64,000 nt of DNA from Minisyncoccota bacterium (GCA_017991395.1 JAGOQQ010000003.1:2400-66399); one strand, 5' to 3'; numbered from the stretch's first letter, positions 28,163 to 37,725 are shown. Numbers and translations: made by a program. Notes: generated from the sequence alone by a model not told the origin.

Positions 28163-28190
28163 ATCGCCTGAGCACATGTGCTCAGGCGAT
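28163..28190. terminator. bidirectional terminator atcgcctgagcac-at-gtgctcaggcgat
   Basis: Perfect 13-bp palindrome 3' of hpf. Confidence 0.65.
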
Positions 28191-28287
28191 TATTTATTTC
28201 AGTCAGTAGTTTTTAAAACTTATCAGCAAACCCCTTTTTGAATTCCATCTCCTTCTATTTCCTAATTACTACTATCTACTCACTAAT

Positions 28288-28671
28288 TTAGTATTTCGAT
28301 GTAAATGGATTTCTTTTTGACAATCCTTTGAGCATTTTCTTTACACTTCTTGCGCCGCGCTTCCAGAGAGTTTGGTTGCGGTCTTTTTCTGAGGTGATAG
28401 TTTCAAACAAATCTTCTTTTGCTTCATCGATCGCTGCGTACAAATCGCTTGTTTCAGAAGTTGCGCGATATGTTTTTCCGTCAAGAGTCAAATTAATTTC
28501 TGCCTTGTACACATCTCCAGACCTGTGATGATTTGTAGTTTTACCTACTTCTACATATGCATTACTATCTCCTTTCGAAAACTTATCGAGTGATGCGATG
28601 CGCTTTGTAACATAGTCACGTAGTGCATCAGTGAGATCCATATTTATCGTTTTGATTTGAGTGTGAATCAT
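28288..28671 (-). CDS. hpf: ribosome hibernation promoting factor / RaiA family
   Basis: INLTLDGKTYRATSETSDLYAAIDEAKEDL, the pattern of the sigma-54-modulation-protein fold. Confidence 0.75.
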   Translation of the reverse strand: MIHTQIKTINMDLTDALRDYVTKRIASLDKFSKGDSNAYVEVGKTTNHHRSGDVYKAEINLTLDGKTYRATSETSDLYAAIDEAKEDLFETITSEKDRNQTLWKRGARSVKKMLKGLSKRNPFTSKY

Positions 28672-28715
28672 GGCGTACTTGGTTAATTATTACTAATACC
28701 TCTATTATACCACTA

Positions 28716-28952
28716 TCACTCCATACCCAAAATCTCTAGTATCTTTGATGAAGACGTGGCGCCTTGAGCCACCCGAACAGCCTTATACGGCACGCTATAA
28801 TGCTCAGCAATAAGCTCTTTTACTCTATCGTTTGCCATGCCATTTTCCCTGTCTTCTCTGACGGAAATCAAGAAAACCCCTGCACTTTTTTCATACAGAG
28901 ATTCTTGTTTTGCATTGGGAGTAACTTTGACTCTAATTCGCATAAATATCAC
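28716..28952 (-). CDS. DUF167 (YggU/UPF0235) family protein
   Basis: IRVKVTPNAKQESL ... NGMANDRVKELIAEHYSVPYKAVRVAQGATSSSKIL matches the DUF167 pattern. Confidence 0.65.
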   Translation of the reverse strand: MIFMRIRVKVTPNAKQESLYEKSAGVFLISVREDRENGMANDRVKELIAEHYSVPYKAVRVAQGATSSSKILEILGME

Positions 28953-30377
28953 CTACACAGTCTCAACAATCATCATGTTTGTTGAACCAGGTTTTCCAAA
29001 CGGGACACCGGCCGACACAATGATGATGTCACCAGTCTTTAGATTCATTATTTTTTTGACTTCTTTTTTTACAGCCACGAGTGCAGATTCAAGATCTTTC
29101 AAGTGCGGGAGAAGTACTGGCACACACCCAAATGACAACATAAGTCTATTGAGTACTCTTTCATGCGGAGAACACGCTAGAACATACTGTGGGCTCTTGT
29201 GTCGTGTGATGAGTCGTGCAGTTCCTCCACTTTGCGTCAAAGCAACAATCGCTTTTGCATTCAAGTCTCGAGCAGTGCACACCACCGAGTGACTCACCGC
29301 ATCCGCAGATGAATCATCAAGTGAATCTTTTGATCTGAAGAATCCGTTTGAATACATCGACTCTTCCACTTCTTGAGCGACATGAGTCATCACATTCACC
29401 GCTTCAACAGGAAATTTTCCAAGTGCAGTTTCCTCAGAAAGCATGATTGCATCCGTACCATCAAAAATTGAGTTCGCAATATCAGACACTTCTGCACGAG
29501 TTGGCACAGGAGAATTAATCATTGATTCAAGCATTTGAGTTGCTACAATTACAGGCACGCCCATTGCATTACATTTTTTGATTATCATCTTTTGCACCAC
29601 GGGTACATGCTCTGCACCAATCTCAATTGCCAAATCTCCACGTGCTACCATTATTCCATCGGAGAGTCTTACGATTTCATCAATATTGTCCACTGCTTCT
29701 TGTGTTTCAATTTTTGAAATGATTGCGATATCCTTTTTTCCTTTTTTCAAAATATCTCGTAGCGTCAAAATATCTTCAGGTGTTCGTACAAATGAAAGCG
29801 CCATCATGTCGACATTTTCTTTTATGCCAAATACAATATCTTCTTTGTCTTTGTCTGTAATAGATGAAAGAGAAAGATATGCGCCCGGAACATTCACCCC
29901 ACGTCTTCCTTTGATTACACCACCCACAATTATTTTTGTTTTGATTTCATCACCGTCAACTTTTATCACTTCGAGTTTTTGTCGTCCATCGTTTAACATG
30001 ATGTACATTCCCTTCTTGACCTCTTTTGGAAGCCTAGAATAGCTCACTGATACTTTTTTCTCTGTACCAATAATTTTCTTTGTCGTCAGTGTAATAAATG
30101 CACCAGGGATGAGAGTAATTGTCTCTGTTTCAAAGTCTCCAATTCGGATTTTTGGACCGGAAAGGTCTTGAAGTATTGCCACACGAATTCCATCTTTTTG
30201 TGATTGTGCACGAATATTTTTCACGCGAATCCCATGCTCTTTGTGGTCACCGTGACTCATATTGAGACGACACACATTGAGACCTGCTTTCATAAGTGCA
30301 CTTAGTTTTTCAGTTGATTCTGTTGCCGGACCAATCGTTGCGACAATTTTTGTTCTCTTTAAAAATCCTTGTTCCAT
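28953..30377 (-). CDS. pyk: pyruvate kinase
   Basis: KIVATIGPAT, MSHGDHKEHG, MVARGDLAIEI, 474 aa. Confidence 0.9.
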   Translation of the reverse strand: MEQGFLKRTKIVATIGPATESTEKLSALMKAGLNVCRLNMSHGDHKEHGIRVKNIRAQSQKDGIRVAILQDLSGPKIRIGDFETETITLIPGAFITLTTKKIIGTEKKVSVSYSRLPKEVKKGMYIMLNDGRQKLEVIKVDGDEIKTKIIVGGVIKGRRGVNVPGAYLSLSSITDKDKEDIVFGIKENVDMMALSFVRTPEDILTLRDILKKGKKDIAIISKIETQEAVDNIDEIVRLSDGIMVARGDLAIEIGAEHVPVVQKMIIKKCNAMGVPVIVATQMLESMINSPVPTRAEVSDIANSIFDGTDAIMLSEETALGKFPVEAVNVMTHVAQEVEESMYSNGFFRSKDSLDDSSADAVSHSVVCTARDLNAKAIVALTQSGGTARLITRHKSPQYVLACSPHERVLNRLMLSFGCVPVLLPHLKDLESALVAVKKEVKKIMNLKTGDIIIVSAGVPFGKPGSTNMMIVETV

Positions 30378-30541
30378 ATAGTTTTTTATAGTACCACACT
30401 TTTGCTTTTTTTGACCTTTTTTGGTATTATAGTTGACGTATTCCCCTAGTGCTTAGCGAGCCATAAAGCTTTATAACCACGAAAGAATACATACAAAAAA
30501 AGAATATTCCCCTGTAGCTCAGCGGTAGAGCAATCGACTGT

Positions 30542-31111
30542 GGACATTTTCCGCCTGTTGTTATACTTAAGGTATGACCGACAAAAGGAAATATGCCGAT
30601 AGACGCGAGGCATTAATCAAAGCTGTTGTGAAAAGACGCAAGAAAGTAAAAGATCTTGCAATAGAATACAAAGGAGGCTCTTGCCAAATTTGTCACTACT
30701 CAAAATGTGTGGACGCTCTTGAGTTCCATCATATCAATCCTTTGGAAAAAGAATTCGGTATCGGAGCAAAAGGCTATACACGTTCTTGGGAAAGTGTTCG
30801 CAACGAATTAGATAAATGTGTTCTCTTGTGTGCAAATTGCCACAGAGAAGTTGAGTCTGGCATAACGCAGCTTTCTATCGAAAGATAGATTGAAAATGAG
30901 GTGAATTCGGGGAAACCCAAATGACGAAAAACAAGTCATGGGCAATCCCGAGCCAAGCCTTGATGAAAATCAAGGAAGGTGTAGAGACTATCCCGTAAGG
31001 GAGTAGGCTTCCGACTTTTGTTGGAACCCGAAGCGCCTCGGTCCTAAATTTTGTGGAAACAAAACACGGATATGATATAGTCCATCCCTTTAAGTAATTT
31101 TAGGATAAATG
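30542..31111 (+). mobile_element. group I intron in tRNA-Asn anticodon loop (between nt 35 and 36) carrying an HNH homing-endonuclease ORF
   Basis: Conserved group I elements: P-like gaattcggggaaa, Q-like aatcccgagc, R-like agagactat, S-like gatatagtcc. HNH ORF 30574..30888. Confidence 0.75.
30574..30888 (+). CDS. HNH endonuclease (intron-encoded)
   Basis: CQICHYSKCVDALEFHHINP...CANCHREVE: HNH nuclease motif with zinc-finger cysteines, 104 aa. Confidence 0.8.
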   Translation: MTDKRKYADRREALIKAVVKRRKKVKDLAIEYKGGSCQICHYSKCVDALEFHHINPLEKEFGIGAKGYTRSWESVRNELDKCVLLCANCHREVESGITQLSIER

Positions 31112-31198
31112 TAATCGATTGGTCGTAGGTTCGATCCCTACCGGGGGAGCATTGAATAAAAAGTTTGCCGTCCTTAAAGGGGCGGTTTTACTTTTTTA

Positions 31199-31359
31199 GC
31201 TCCGTGGAATAAAGAGAAGCTTTGTGTGTTGGGATCGAACGGATTGACGGTCTACGCAAACAACAGTTTCTGTCGCCAATCCGGTGCCCAGAAATTTTTG
31301 AGTGGCGACGAGAAAATTTCGAGGGAGATAAGTGTACTCACGTCCATACCCACGGAGCA
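31199..31359 (+). repeat. direct-repeat unit A (~161 bp): terminal 9-bp complementarity, 3' end a diverged copy of the tRNA-Asn 3' end
   Basis: Paralogous to 33068..33230 (shared gctttg...gggatc(g/a)aac...ggtgcccaga...tcgagggagataagtgtactcacgtcc). The ends gctccgtgg/ccacggagc are complementary. Confidence 0.7.
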
Positions 31360-31469
31360 CTTCTTTTACCTTCTTGATATATTCGTTCTTGGCACTACCT
31401 AGTTTGCTTTTTTCATCGAACATCATTATAATGTAGTGATACGTTCTTTAACTCTAAAAATATAAAGAT

Positions 31470-32888
31470 ATGAATCAACTCCCCATCATTATTCAAGGCG
31501 GGATGGGTGTTTGTATATCAAACTCCCACATTGCCAAAACTTGTTCTCAACACCCTTTTGTCCTTGGCACTTTGTCGGGGGTCGCTATTGAAAGGGTTGT
31601 GCCACAGGTTCTCCAGCAAGGAGATCCTGGCGGCCACTATCGGAGAGCATTGCTGCACTTTCCCTTTCCAGAAGTTGCTGAACGCGTTGTCAGTAAATAT
31701 TTTGTTGAAGGTGGCATTCCAGCAGGGAAAAAAATAAAAGCTGTCTCTGTGGTTAGCCTGCATCCCAACCGCGAATTGATTGAGCTTATGATAGTAGCGA
31801 ATTTTGCTCTCGTCTGGCTTGCGAAAGAAGGGCACAAGCGTCCCGTCAGTGTGAATTATTTGGAAAAAATTCAGATTCCTCACATTTATAACATCACCGG
31901 TGCGATAATTGCCGGAGTTGACTATCTGACAATGGGAGCTGGCATTACACTGCAGATTCCCGCTGTACTCGATTCGATTGTGTCAGGTACTGCAGTAAAC
32001 TACAGAGTACAGGTTGAAGGAAGTAAAGATGGATTTGTGACAATAAGTTTCAATCCGAAGGAATTCTTTGGTAGAGCATTGCCACCACTCAAGCGTCCAA
32101 GCTTCCTGCCCATTGTTTCAACAGATGTACTTGCAACGCTTATGGCTAAAAAACTGCCGGCTGGAAGCATTCAAGGATTTGTCATTGAAAAACCCACAGC
32201 TGGAGGCCATAACGCGCCACCGAGAACAAAAGGTGTCTTTGATGAAAAAGGTCAACCGATTTACGGACCGAAAGATGAGGTTGTTTTCAGTAAACTTCGC
32301 GAACTTGGCATTCCGTTTTGGATCGCAGGATCATGTGCCACGCAAAATAGTGTTGCGGAAGCAAGGGCGCTTGGCGCTGTTGGCATACAGGCTGGCTCAA
32401 TATTTGCACTCAGCGATGACTCTGGAATGCTTGGATATTTTCGAAATGAAATCAGGCGTCTTGGTTATCGTGGTGAACTTGAAATTCGCACTGACCCTAG
32501 AGCTTCACCGACAGGATTTCCCTTTAAAGTAGTCCAATTACCAGAGACACTATCTGATCATGCCGTGTATATTGCCCGTGAACGTGTTTGCGACGTTTGC
32601 GCGCTTCGTATTGTATGTGAACAACATGATGGTGAAATCTGTTATCGGTGCCCGGGTGAACCACTCAATGATTTCTTGCGAAAAGGAGGCAAGGTTGAAG
32701 ACACAGTCGATGCGAGGTGTCTGTGTAATGGTTTGCTTGCAGCTGCTGGATTTGGTAATCCGCTTGAACCACCGATATTTACTCTCGGTGATGATGTCAG
32801 TTTTTTGCGCCATCTCATGCGAAACGAAACAGATTCGTATGGCGCGGTTGATGCTATTAAGTATCTTTTGTCGTCTGAGAAAAATTAA
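31470..32888 (+). CDS. nitronate monooxygenase / FabK-like FMN-dependent oxidoreductase (NMO family) with Cys-rich C-terminal extension
   Basis: LPIIIQGGMGVCIS N-terminal signature of NMO/FabK TIM-barrel enzymes; C-terminal CDVCALRIVCEQHDGEICYRCPGE...CLCNG cluster. Visibly GC-richer than its surroundings. Confidence 0.65.
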   Translation: MNQLPIIIQGGMGVCISNSHIAKTCSQHPFVLGTLSGVAIERVVPQVLQQGDPGGHYRRALLHFPFPEVAERVVSKYFVEGGIPAGKKIKAVSVVSLHPNRELIELMIVANFALVWLAKEGHKRPVSVNYLEKIQIPHIYNITGAIIAGVDYLTMGAGITLQIPAVLDSIVSGTAVNYRVQVEGSKDGFVTISFNPKEFFGRALPPLKRPSFLPIVSTDVLATLMAKKLPAGSIQGFVIEKPTAGGHNAPPRTKGVFDEKGQPIYGPKDEVVFSKLRELGIPFWIAGSCATQNSVAEARALGAVGIQAGSIFALSDDSGMLGYFRNEIRRLGYRGELEIRTDPRASPTGFPFKVVQLPETLSDHAVYIARERVCDVCALRIVCEQHDGEICYRCPGEPLNDFLRKGGKVEDTVDARCLCNGLLAAAGFGNPLEPPIFTLGDDVSFLRHLMRNETDSYGAVDAIKYLLSSEKN

Positions 32889-33027
32889 ATAATAGTCCCG
32901 CTTTAAATATGATTAAGCGGGATTATTTTTTTGAAGTGCCATCACTGGAAACACCCGAAAAATCTTAAAGAACTCAATATCTCTTTTAATTTGAATCCAA
33001 TTGAGAGTTCTGAACTCGTCCAACAAA

Positions 33028-33073
33028 GGGAGCAATAAAACAAGTCACGAAAGTGGCTTTTTTTATTGCTCCC
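33028..33073 (+). repeat. 13-bp perfect inverted repeat gggagcaataaaa / ttttattgctccc with 20-nt loop
   Basis: Sequence; overlaps the start of repeat unit B. Confidence 0.6.
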
Positions 33074-33230
33074 CCGAGAAAGCAAACTGCTTTGCTTTCG
33101 TGCAGGGATCAAACAGCGGAGCGATAAATTTCAGTAGGAAATTTCGCGAGCTGGTGCCCAGACAAATACGAGCGACGGCGAGTATTTAGTCGAGGGAGAT
33201 AAGTGTACTCACGTCCCTACCGGGGGAGCA
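33068..33230 (+). repeat. direct-repeat unit B (~163 bp); last 17 nt (tccctaccgggggagca) identical to the tRNA-Asn 3' end
   Basis: Terminal complementarity gctcccccg/cgggggagc; paralogue of unit A. Confidence 0.75.
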
Positions 33231-33305
33231 AAATTTTAAACTATTTTTTACAATGGTTATTTTTTGGAGGTTAGTAGAAGTTCGAACCTATGGTAAAATA
33301 CAAAT

Positions 33306-34040
33306 ATGGAATTTGAACCTAAAAATAGTAAACCCATTGATTATGTTAAAAGTAAGATAGAAAAATCTGAATATATTAGATTTGATAAAGATAAATATCT
33401 TAAACCTCTTTTTGAATATGATTCTTATATGGAATCTGGAAGTATTAAAGGAAAGATTGGTCAATCAGAAATCGATCTTGATTACACACAAGATGATCGC
33501 AAAATTTCCAATCCAAATATTAGAAAATTAGAGAGATTTATACTAAAAAATGATAAAACAAAGCTTGATGTCCTCGGTCTTCTTTCATCAGATTATTCTA
33601 CATATATAACGACAAACATAGATAAAGAAGACACTTCTTTTGGAAGTGTTAATCGTCCCAGAGAAAGAAAAATATATGTTAATACTCCTTTATTGAGTGT
33701 TGATGGTATCATGAGTCTTTTGCATGAAATTGGTCATAATAATAGAGACAAACAACAAAGTATTTCAGAACAAAATAAAGATGAAAATAGTCTATTAAGA
33801 TTTAAAGTGTCTGGGATAGTAGAAAAAATTTTAGCAGGAATGAGTCTCAGGGGTCCAAATATTAAAGATGCTTCACGTGTTTTACGAGACGAGAGAGATT
33901 CATGGAGTTTTGCTTTACAAAAAATAAGACCTTTTATGAAAGATTTAAATATTAATATTGAGGATATGGAGAACATAATACATCACGATGCACTTTACTC
34001 ATATTCATGGCTAATAAAGGATGATGTAAAACTTGAATAA
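33306..34040 (+). CDS. hypothetical protein with HExxH zinc-metallopeptidase motif (LLHEIGHNN)
   Basis: 244 aa, very AT-rich; the only recognisable element is the HEIGH motif. Confidence 0.4.
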   Translation: MEFEPKNSKPIDYVKSKIEKSEYIRFDKDKYLKPLFEYDSYMESGSIKGKIGQSEIDLDYTQDDRKISNPNIRKLERFILKNDKTKLDVLGLLSSDYSTYITTNIDKEDTSFGSVNRPRERKIYVNTPLLSVDGIMSLLHEIGHNNRDKQQSISEQNKDENSLLRFKVSGIVEKILAGMSLRGPNIKDASRVLRDERDSWSFALQKIRPFMKDLNINIEDMENIIHHDALYSYSWLIKDDVKLE

Positions 34041-34225
34041 ATTAATAAATTTTTTATCTTTCTTTGATTATGTTTATTCGAACATCCTCCCAAGTTCGGA
34101 GCATATTAAAAAGCACCAGAAATGGTGCTTTTTAATTACCGTATACCAAGTTCGAAGCTGGTTGTCTTTGTTTTGACATTTTATGTGAATAATGTAGTAT
34201 TTGGGTAAATTAATTAGCACACAAA

Positions 34226-34771
34226 ATGGAAATAGCAAAAGAAACAGTAGATTTTCTTCATGAAAATCTACATCAAACAAGAGCTGAATATTATATTAAT
34301 TTATTTAAATCAATGTCACAAATTGACTTTGATACAAGAATAAAAAAATATTGTTTCTTAGCATCTGAACGTGAAAGAAAACATTTTCTTGGAAAGTTGG
34401 ACACCGTCTCTGCTTTACTACTTATCGCAATTAAGATTATGGAGAAGGCAATTCAGGATAGGAAGCTCAACCTAAGACATTCCAATGAAGTGGGTATCTA
34501 TGCCTCACAAAAGGAAATTCTAAAAGCACGCAGTGATTACGAAGAAGCTGAGAGCCAGATCAGTAAAGCGGCAAAGGATTATTGGAGAACAAGGAAAAAA
34601 CTTTATCAAAATATTAAAGAATGTTTTAATAAAGAATTACCCTTACTACTTGAGTCTGGGGATTTACTTAAAACTCCAGCTGATTTTTATTATCAAAACT
34701 CAGGTTACGACTTTACATTTTATGGGCAAGATATCTATGTAATTAATTGGTATCCAATGGGTGGGGATTAG
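34226..34771 (+). CDS. hypothetical protein (181 aa)
   Basis: Clean ORF, followed by a 28-nt conserved motif and a terminator-like hairpin. Confidence 0.4.
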   Translation: MEIAKETVDFLHENLHQTRAEYYINLFKSMSQIDFDTRIKKYCFLASERERKHFLGKLDTVSALLLIAIKIMEKAIQDRKLNLRHSNEVGIYASQKEILKARSDYEEAESQISKAAKDYWRTRKKLYQNIKECFNKELPLLLESGDLLKTPADFYYQNSGYDFTFYGQDIYVINWYPMGGD

Positions 34772-34912
34772 ATTATCATAAAGGTTGAATTATAAACGTT
34801 CAGCCTTTTTTTATTTCCCCTCTAAAATAACTATTCGAACTTCATCCCACGTTCGGGGCAACAAAAAACCTGCTCCGACAACGGAACAGGTATTAAATTT
34901 AGTAAATGCAAA

Positions 34913-35551
34913 TCAGGCAGACACCTGAGATCGCAATTCAATTATTTTCTTTATGATTTTCAATAGGGTTTTATCCCCCGGCTCCTCTCCTTCTTCAGGT
35001 GCACTTAAGTATGCTTTTTCTGCTTCTTCCAATGTACAATTACCATAGTCCGAAAGAGATGAATATTTTGCCCTACGAATAAATCGGATAGGTATACCTG
35101 TTTCTTTCGCCATCTTTTCGTTTTCAGAAATTTCTTCACCAAAAACAATCTGGTACCCGATTTCGTCATCAATCTGTATGCTAGTTTGCATTTGCCCGGA
35201 AACATCTCCTCCAAACGCTCTCAACATATCTGTAGTGTTTTGTGATAATAGCATTTGCTGGCTATTTCTAATTGCCTTCGATAATAAATTAATTGATAAG
35301 CCAAAAATCCACTTTTGTTTTTCTTTTAACGTTTCAATTAATTCTTTAGATGGCACGCCTTTGATCTTGAAATCATCCTTATCATTTGAATACTCAATAT
35401 TCAAATCACTATCATCAGGATCAGATATAAGGTAATTGCAGGAAACCTCATCTCCGTTTTCGTTTTTAAAGGAAAACACACCCTTAAACTGGTTTTCAAT
35501 ATCTGTCCTAGATACTGTAACAGTAAGATTAATAATATGCATATTGTTCAT
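34913..35551 (-). CDS. hypothetical protein (212 aa), acidic
   Basis: ORF only. Confidence 0.4.
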   Translation of the reverse strand: MNNMHIINLTVTVSRTDIENQFKGVFSFKNENGDEVSCNYLISDPDDSDLNIEYSNDKDDFKIKGVPSKELIETLKEKQKWIFGLSINLLSKAIRNSQQMLLSQNTTDMLRAFGGDVSGQMQTSIQIDDEIGYQIVFGEEISENEKMAKETGIPIRFIRRAKYSSLSDYGNCTLEEAEKAYLSAPEEGEEPGDKTLLKIIKKIIELRSQVSA

Positions 35552-35787
35552 TTTTTGGTTTAGGCGAACTATATCATAATTTAATATTTTGTAAATAGTC
35601 TTCTTATAAACTTTCTGATGCAGGAAAATTCTATAAAAATCTAAGTATCTTTTATTTAAGCTGTATTTTCGTATTATTTCACCTCTTCATTATTCATTTT
35701 GGCCGCTGCTTCTGGAGTAGAAACAGTTCTTCCCAAAGTATTTGTAAATTATTCTTCACAAAAAGAGGAATAAGGTAGAATACTATT

Positions 35788-36381
35788 ATGGAAACAAAAG
35801 AGATACTGGCCATCATTGCTACACTGTTTGCGATCATCGGGAATGTTCCGTATCTAATTGATGTTATAAAGAAAAAAGTTAAACCTCATCCGTATACCTG
35901 GCTAGTGTGGACTATTGTTTCTGGAGTTACTTTCTTCGGAGCGCTAGTCAAAGGTGCAGGAGTTGGAGCGATACCGACCGGCGTCGCAGAAATATTTACC
36001 GTTATAATTTTCTTTTTTTCACTGCGATACGGGTTCAAGAATATCGTTCGTCGAGACACGTATTTTCTGATATTTGCATTACTAGGGTTGATACCTTGGG
36101 CAATAACAAAAGATCCAACGATTTCGGTTATCATTGTTGTTTCTATTGATTTTATTGCTTTCTTGCCGACACTGCGCAAGACATGGACAGAGCCAAAAAC
36201 TGAAACCGCACTGTTGTATGAGATGAACGTTTCAAGACATATTCTGACCCTATTTTCTATCCAGTCGTACAATATAGCGACAATGCTTCACTCTATAGTC
36301 ATGATAGTTATGAACACAATCATGAGCTTTATAATTGTATGGAAAAGAAAAGTTGAAAAAATAGCAAATACAAGTGAATAG
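35788..36381 (+). CDS. polytopic membrane protein, hypothetical
   Basis: 197 aa, 5-6 TM helices. Confidence 0.45.
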   Translation: METKEILAIIATLFAIIGNVPYLIDVIKKKVKPHPYTWLVWTIVSGVTFFGALVKGAGVGAIPTGVAEIFTVIIFFFSLRYGFKNIVRRDTYFLIFALLGLIPWAITKDPTISVIIVVSIDFIAFLPTLRKTWTEPKTETALLYEMNVSRHILTLFSIQSYNIATMLHSIVMIVMNTIMSFIIVWKRKVEKIANTSE

Positions 36382-36417
36382 CGATAAAAGTATACGACTT
36401 CTTATGTTCATTAACCG

Positions 36418-36933
36418 CTACCTCAAATAACTATCAAACCAAATTGCATGACACGTATATCCAGCGGGATTTTTTTGAAGATAGTCTTGATGGTACTCTT
36501 CCGCTTTGTAAAAAGCCGTGAGTGGCTCAAGTGTGGTCACCACAGGATCTTTCCATCGTTTTGAGTTGTTTACAATCTCAATAAAATTTTCTGCTTCCCT
36601 TTTCTCGTCGTCGTTTCCATAAAAAATAGCCGAGCGATATGATGTCCCTTTGTCATTGCGTTGCTGATTGAGTGTTGTGGGATTGTGAATTTGAAAGAAA
36701 AAGTCGAGAAGATTTTTGTATGAGGTTTTTGACGAATCATATTCTATCTCCACTGCTTCGGCGTGACCCGGATGATTGTCATATGTAGGATTGTCATTTT
36801 GTCCGCCCGTATATCCCACTTGTATTCCAACAACACCCGGCTGATTTCTCATCAGCTCCTCAAGCCCCCAAAAGCATCCGCCGGCAAGTACGATTTTTTT
36901 GTTCATAAGATTATTTGTCATCAAATTTTTCAA
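36418..36933 (-). CDS. msrA: peptide methionine-S-sulfoxide reductase
   Basis: GGCFWGLEE active site. Confidence 0.85.
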   Translation of the reverse strand: MKNLMTNNLMNKKIVLAGGCFWGLEELMRNQPGVVGIQVGYTGGQNDNPTYDNHPGHAEAVEIEYDSSKTSYKNLLDFFFQIHNPTTLNQQRNDKGTSYRSAIFYGNDDEKREAENFIEIVNNSKRWKDPVVTTLEPLTAFYKAEEYHQDYLQKNPAGYTCHAIWFDSYLR

Positions 36934-37303
36934 AACACACCGAATTTATGCAGTATCTTTTTCCGGTTTGTGTAGGACCATCATCAAAGAGATGTCCCAG
37001 ATGCGACCCACAGACCGCACACACAGTCTCAGTTCTACTCATACCATATGAATCATCGGCAATATTTTTCACGGCACCTGGAAGTGCGTCGTCAAAGCTC
37101 GGCCAGCCGGTACCCGAATCAAACTTTGCTTCAGCTTTAAAGAGCGGATTGCCACAGCCTGCACATCGATAAAAACCATCCTTGTCGGGAGATATGAGCT
37201 TGCCAGAAAAAGGCGCTTCAGTACCCTTGTTTCGCAACACTTCATATTGCTTTGGTGTAAGCTTTTTCTTGAATTCTTCTTCGTTTTGTATTTGGTGTGT
37301 CAT
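36911..37303 (-). CDS. msrB: peptide methionine-R-sulfoxide reductase
   Basis: CxxC zinc pairs (CAGCG...CAVCG), GWPSF and RYCINS motifs; overlaps msrA by 23 nt. Confidence 0.85.
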   Translation of the reverse strand: MTHQIQNEEEFKKKLTPKQYEVLRNKGTEAPFSGKLISPDKDGFYRCAGCGNPLFKAEAKFDSGTGWPSFDDALPGAVKNIADDSYGMSRTETVCAVCGSHLGHLFDDGPTQTGKRYCINSVCFEKFDDK

Positions 37304-37333
37304 GTGTGTTTATGTGGTGAATAATTAAATAAA

Positions 37334-37591
37334 TTATTTCTTTCTATGTGGACACCCTATCCAACAGCATGGACGGCGTTTTCCTTTCAGTAGATTTTCG
37401 GACATAATTTTTATTCTGCGATTTCTCGTTTCTTCCATTTTTGCACTTGTAATCCAGCAAATCCACTCATTTCGAGCAAGAGGTGTAATGTCTTCCCAGA
37501 CATTCAATAGAGATGCTTTTGAAGAAAGAATTGTTTTTACGTCGCTTGGCAGAGTGTGCGCAACCCCAGCCGAGATTTTCATATTGGTCAT
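37334..37591 (-). CDS. YdeI/OmpD-associated (OmdA-like) family protein
   Basis: WITSAKMEETRNRRI...KGKR pattern typical of that small-protein family. Confidence 0.5.
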   Translation of the reverse strand: MTNMKISAGVAHTLPSDVKTILSSKASLLNVWEDITPLARNEWICWITSAKMEETRNRRIKIMSENLLKGKRRPCCWIGCPHRKK

Positions 37592-37690
37592 ATGAGAATT
37601 ATAACAAATATTATCATTACCGAACCATACTGAATTACTCTAAGTTAATTTTATGAATTAGTCTTTGTACAAGTATTCAAAAAATAAAAA

Positions 37691-37720
37691 AACTGTACAG
37701 GGACTTTTCCCTGTACAGTT
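37691..37720 (-). terminator. terminator aactgtacaggga-cttt-tccctgtacagtt with U-run on minus
   Basis: 13-bp perfect stem 6 nt 3' of the arginine-kinase stop; a/t-rich run 37676-37690. Confidence 0.7.
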
Positions 37721-37725
37721 TCGTC

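Larger units (their letters stand above)
30508..31149 (+). tRNA. tRNA-Asn (GUU) interrupted by a group I intron: exon 1 30508..30541, exon 2 31112..31149; mature 72 nt
   Basis: Exons join to TCCCCTG-TA-GCTC-AGCGGTA-GAGC-A-ATCGA-CTGT|TAA-TCGAT-TGGTC-GTAGG-TTCGATC-CCTAC-CGGGGGA-G. This has U1:A72 and a CUGUUAA loop like bacterial tRNA-Asn. Exon 1 ends in U and the intron ends in G. Confidence 0.8.

Noticed and set aside
31196-31426. 76-aa ORF on minus strand
   Set aside because: It lies entirely within direct-repeat unit A, whose paralogue B has no equivalent ORF, and it has no start context or motif.
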